Shown: piece by piece, positions 62,213-64,000 of the stretch | Layout: each line of letters starts with the position of its first letter | Numbering within the stretch: the first letter of the stretch is position 1 | Assembly: GCF_006345805.1 (NCBI RefSeq) | Contig: NC_042999.1 | Coordinates: forward strand, 160,766,001-160,830,000 | Reading direction: 5' to 3' | Origin: Octopus sinensis | Taxonomy: Eukaryota | DNA: 64,000 nt | The notes under the pieces: generated by a model | The model's input: only the letters and a program-made list of their open reading frames with translations | Database searches by the model: none | What the model was told of the DNA's origin: nothing | Made by a program: the position numbers and the translations under genes

Positions 62213-62588
62213 CACTTGCGTCAGAAATTAATTAGCACTTCTCAAATTTCTACATTAAATAGGTTAAATCAATTAACCTATGAGCTGTTCAAAACGTCTT
62301 ACGCGATGAGAAAACTTAGTATGGTGTGATTTCGGTCCTTGCGAGGTGCTACCTATATCTATTAAACAAAGAAGATTGTCTGCATCCGCACTCCAAGTTG
62401 TTGTTGCACTGCTATGTCAACATCATAAGGCTGTAGACTCTCAAACTGCTCTGCAACAAAGTTACGTCATCGTTCTGCGCAACAGTGAACTCGCAACAAA
62501 GCAATAGTTCGAGATATGGCCACTAGGTGACAGCACATACCTTGAGTGAAGAGCAAATCAAGGTGCTAATTAATTTCTGACGGTAGTG
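62213..62588. mobile_element. Tc1-like MITE
   Basis: TA|cacttgcgtcagaaattaattagcac ... gtgctaattaatttctgacggtagtg|TA. Confidence 0.85.
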
Positions 62589-63524
62589 TATATATATATA
62601 TATATATTATATATATATATCCTGAGGCCTTAGAACCCCCTTGGAGTCAATATTCTGTCCAGCAGACCAAAAAATTCTTTCCTTCTTCTTCCCTCTCCCT
62701 TCCCCTCTTTCTCTTTATAATAAAACAAAACTGATTCATGTGAATTTGCCAAAACTCCTCTGCCTCAACAGAAAAGATTTTCACGACAGCTGATATAATT
62801 GAATTTACACCAACTGAAATATATAAGTAGAGGATTTCATAAAAAAAAATATCTATTTTTTAAAAATTATGAGGAAACAAAGTCAGCGGGGGGATACAAA
62901 AACACACACACACACACACACACATACACACATGTTCTCTCTCTCACTTTCTCCTCATCCATCATCCTCTTGTACTCTCTTATATTCCTCCCCACTACTA
63001 CGAAACTCTATAAAATGATCAAAATTCCCCACACAGGAACTTAGCTTGATTTGAAAACCCCACTAGAATGGGAGAAAGCGCTAATGATCTAAGTGATATG
63101 ATATATATATATGAAAAATGTAATATATAAATAAATATCTGTAAATATAAACCATCCGATCTTCTGAGTACCTCATTTCTTCTAATATATATATATATAA
63201 GTTGAAGTGTACAGTATTATATAGCCATTAGAGTCAATCTTACCAATCAGTTTTGCATTAGAGGTTCAACGAAGTGTTAGGTAACAGTCTGATAATTAAC
63301 CCTGCACTCATCAGAGATAGCCGTTATGGAATGAAATATGGTGATTGCTCTCCATTGCAGGAGGTGCATAGACACATTTAGTTAAGGGTTGCTGCGAAAA
63401 AGTTGATGAAAAGAATTGAGCAGGAGAGTTAACAGTTGTCCCTTGGTACCAGAACATCGTCCCTGGATGTAGTTTTTTTGCAAGTTAAGCATCTTGTGTC
63501 AGATATATATATATATATATATAT

Positions 63525-63840
63525 CATCATCATCATCATCGTTTAGCGTCTGCTTTCCATGCTGGCATGGGTTGGACGGTGCAACTGGGGTCTGGGAAGC
63601 CAGAAGGCTGCACCAGGCCCAGTCTGATCTGGCAATGTTTCTACGGCTGGAATGCCTTCCTAACGCCAACCACTCCATGAGTGTAGTGGGTGCTTTTTAC
63701 GTTCCACCTGCACAGGTGCCAGACAAGTCTGGCAAACGGCCACGGTCGGATGGTGCTTTTTATGTGCCACCGGCACGGAGGCCAGGTGAGGCTGGCAACG
63801 GCCACGATTGGATGGTGCTTTTTACGTGCCACCGGCACAT
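63525..63840 (-). mobile_element. RTE LINE 3' UTR
   Basis: (cat)n then reverse complement of the RTE tail with sub-repeats. Confidence 0.85.
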
Positions 63841-64000
63841 ATATGTATATGTATATATACACATACATATATATATATATGTATATATGTTTGTATATAT
63901 ATATGCATATATCAATATTAATATATACTTATATATACATAGCATACCTTCACAAGCATACCCCCGCTGACTTTGTTTCCTCATAATTTTTAAAAAATAG

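Overview
Eukaryotic, AT-rich, repeat-saturated DNA. The SINE families, RTE 3' ends with (GAT)n tails and (TA)/(CA) microsatellites suggest an Octopus genome (inference). I recognise only one host coding segment: the first coding exon of an ATG2 orthologue (minus strand, 33243-33419; chorein-N terminus followed by a GT donor). It lies in a CpG-rich patch that may be a divergent promoter. The rest is mostly transposon-derived: two full-length but broken mariners, mariner/Tc1/Tigger/hAT relics and MITEs, a decayed Ty3/Gypsy pol, RTE and CR1 LINE 3' ends, three tRNA-headed SINE families and eight non-autonomous Helitrons (two in tandem). The most notable structures are (i) a Penelope-like retroelement (RT + GIY-YIG, 54331-57755) flanked by about 750-bp inverted repeats, each carrying a minimal type I hammerhead ribozyme motif, with three more hammerhead motifs in small Penelope-end derivatives at about 19.5 kb and 50.6 kb; and (ii) a 47-copy, indel-free 66-bp tandem array (about 57950-61060) amplified from an RTE 3'-UTR sub-repeat, with a 6-unit higher-order period and an uninterrupted 1061-codon His/Gly/Ser-rich antisense frame. 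All calls were made by eye without database searches, and repeat boundaries are approximate unless termini are quoted.
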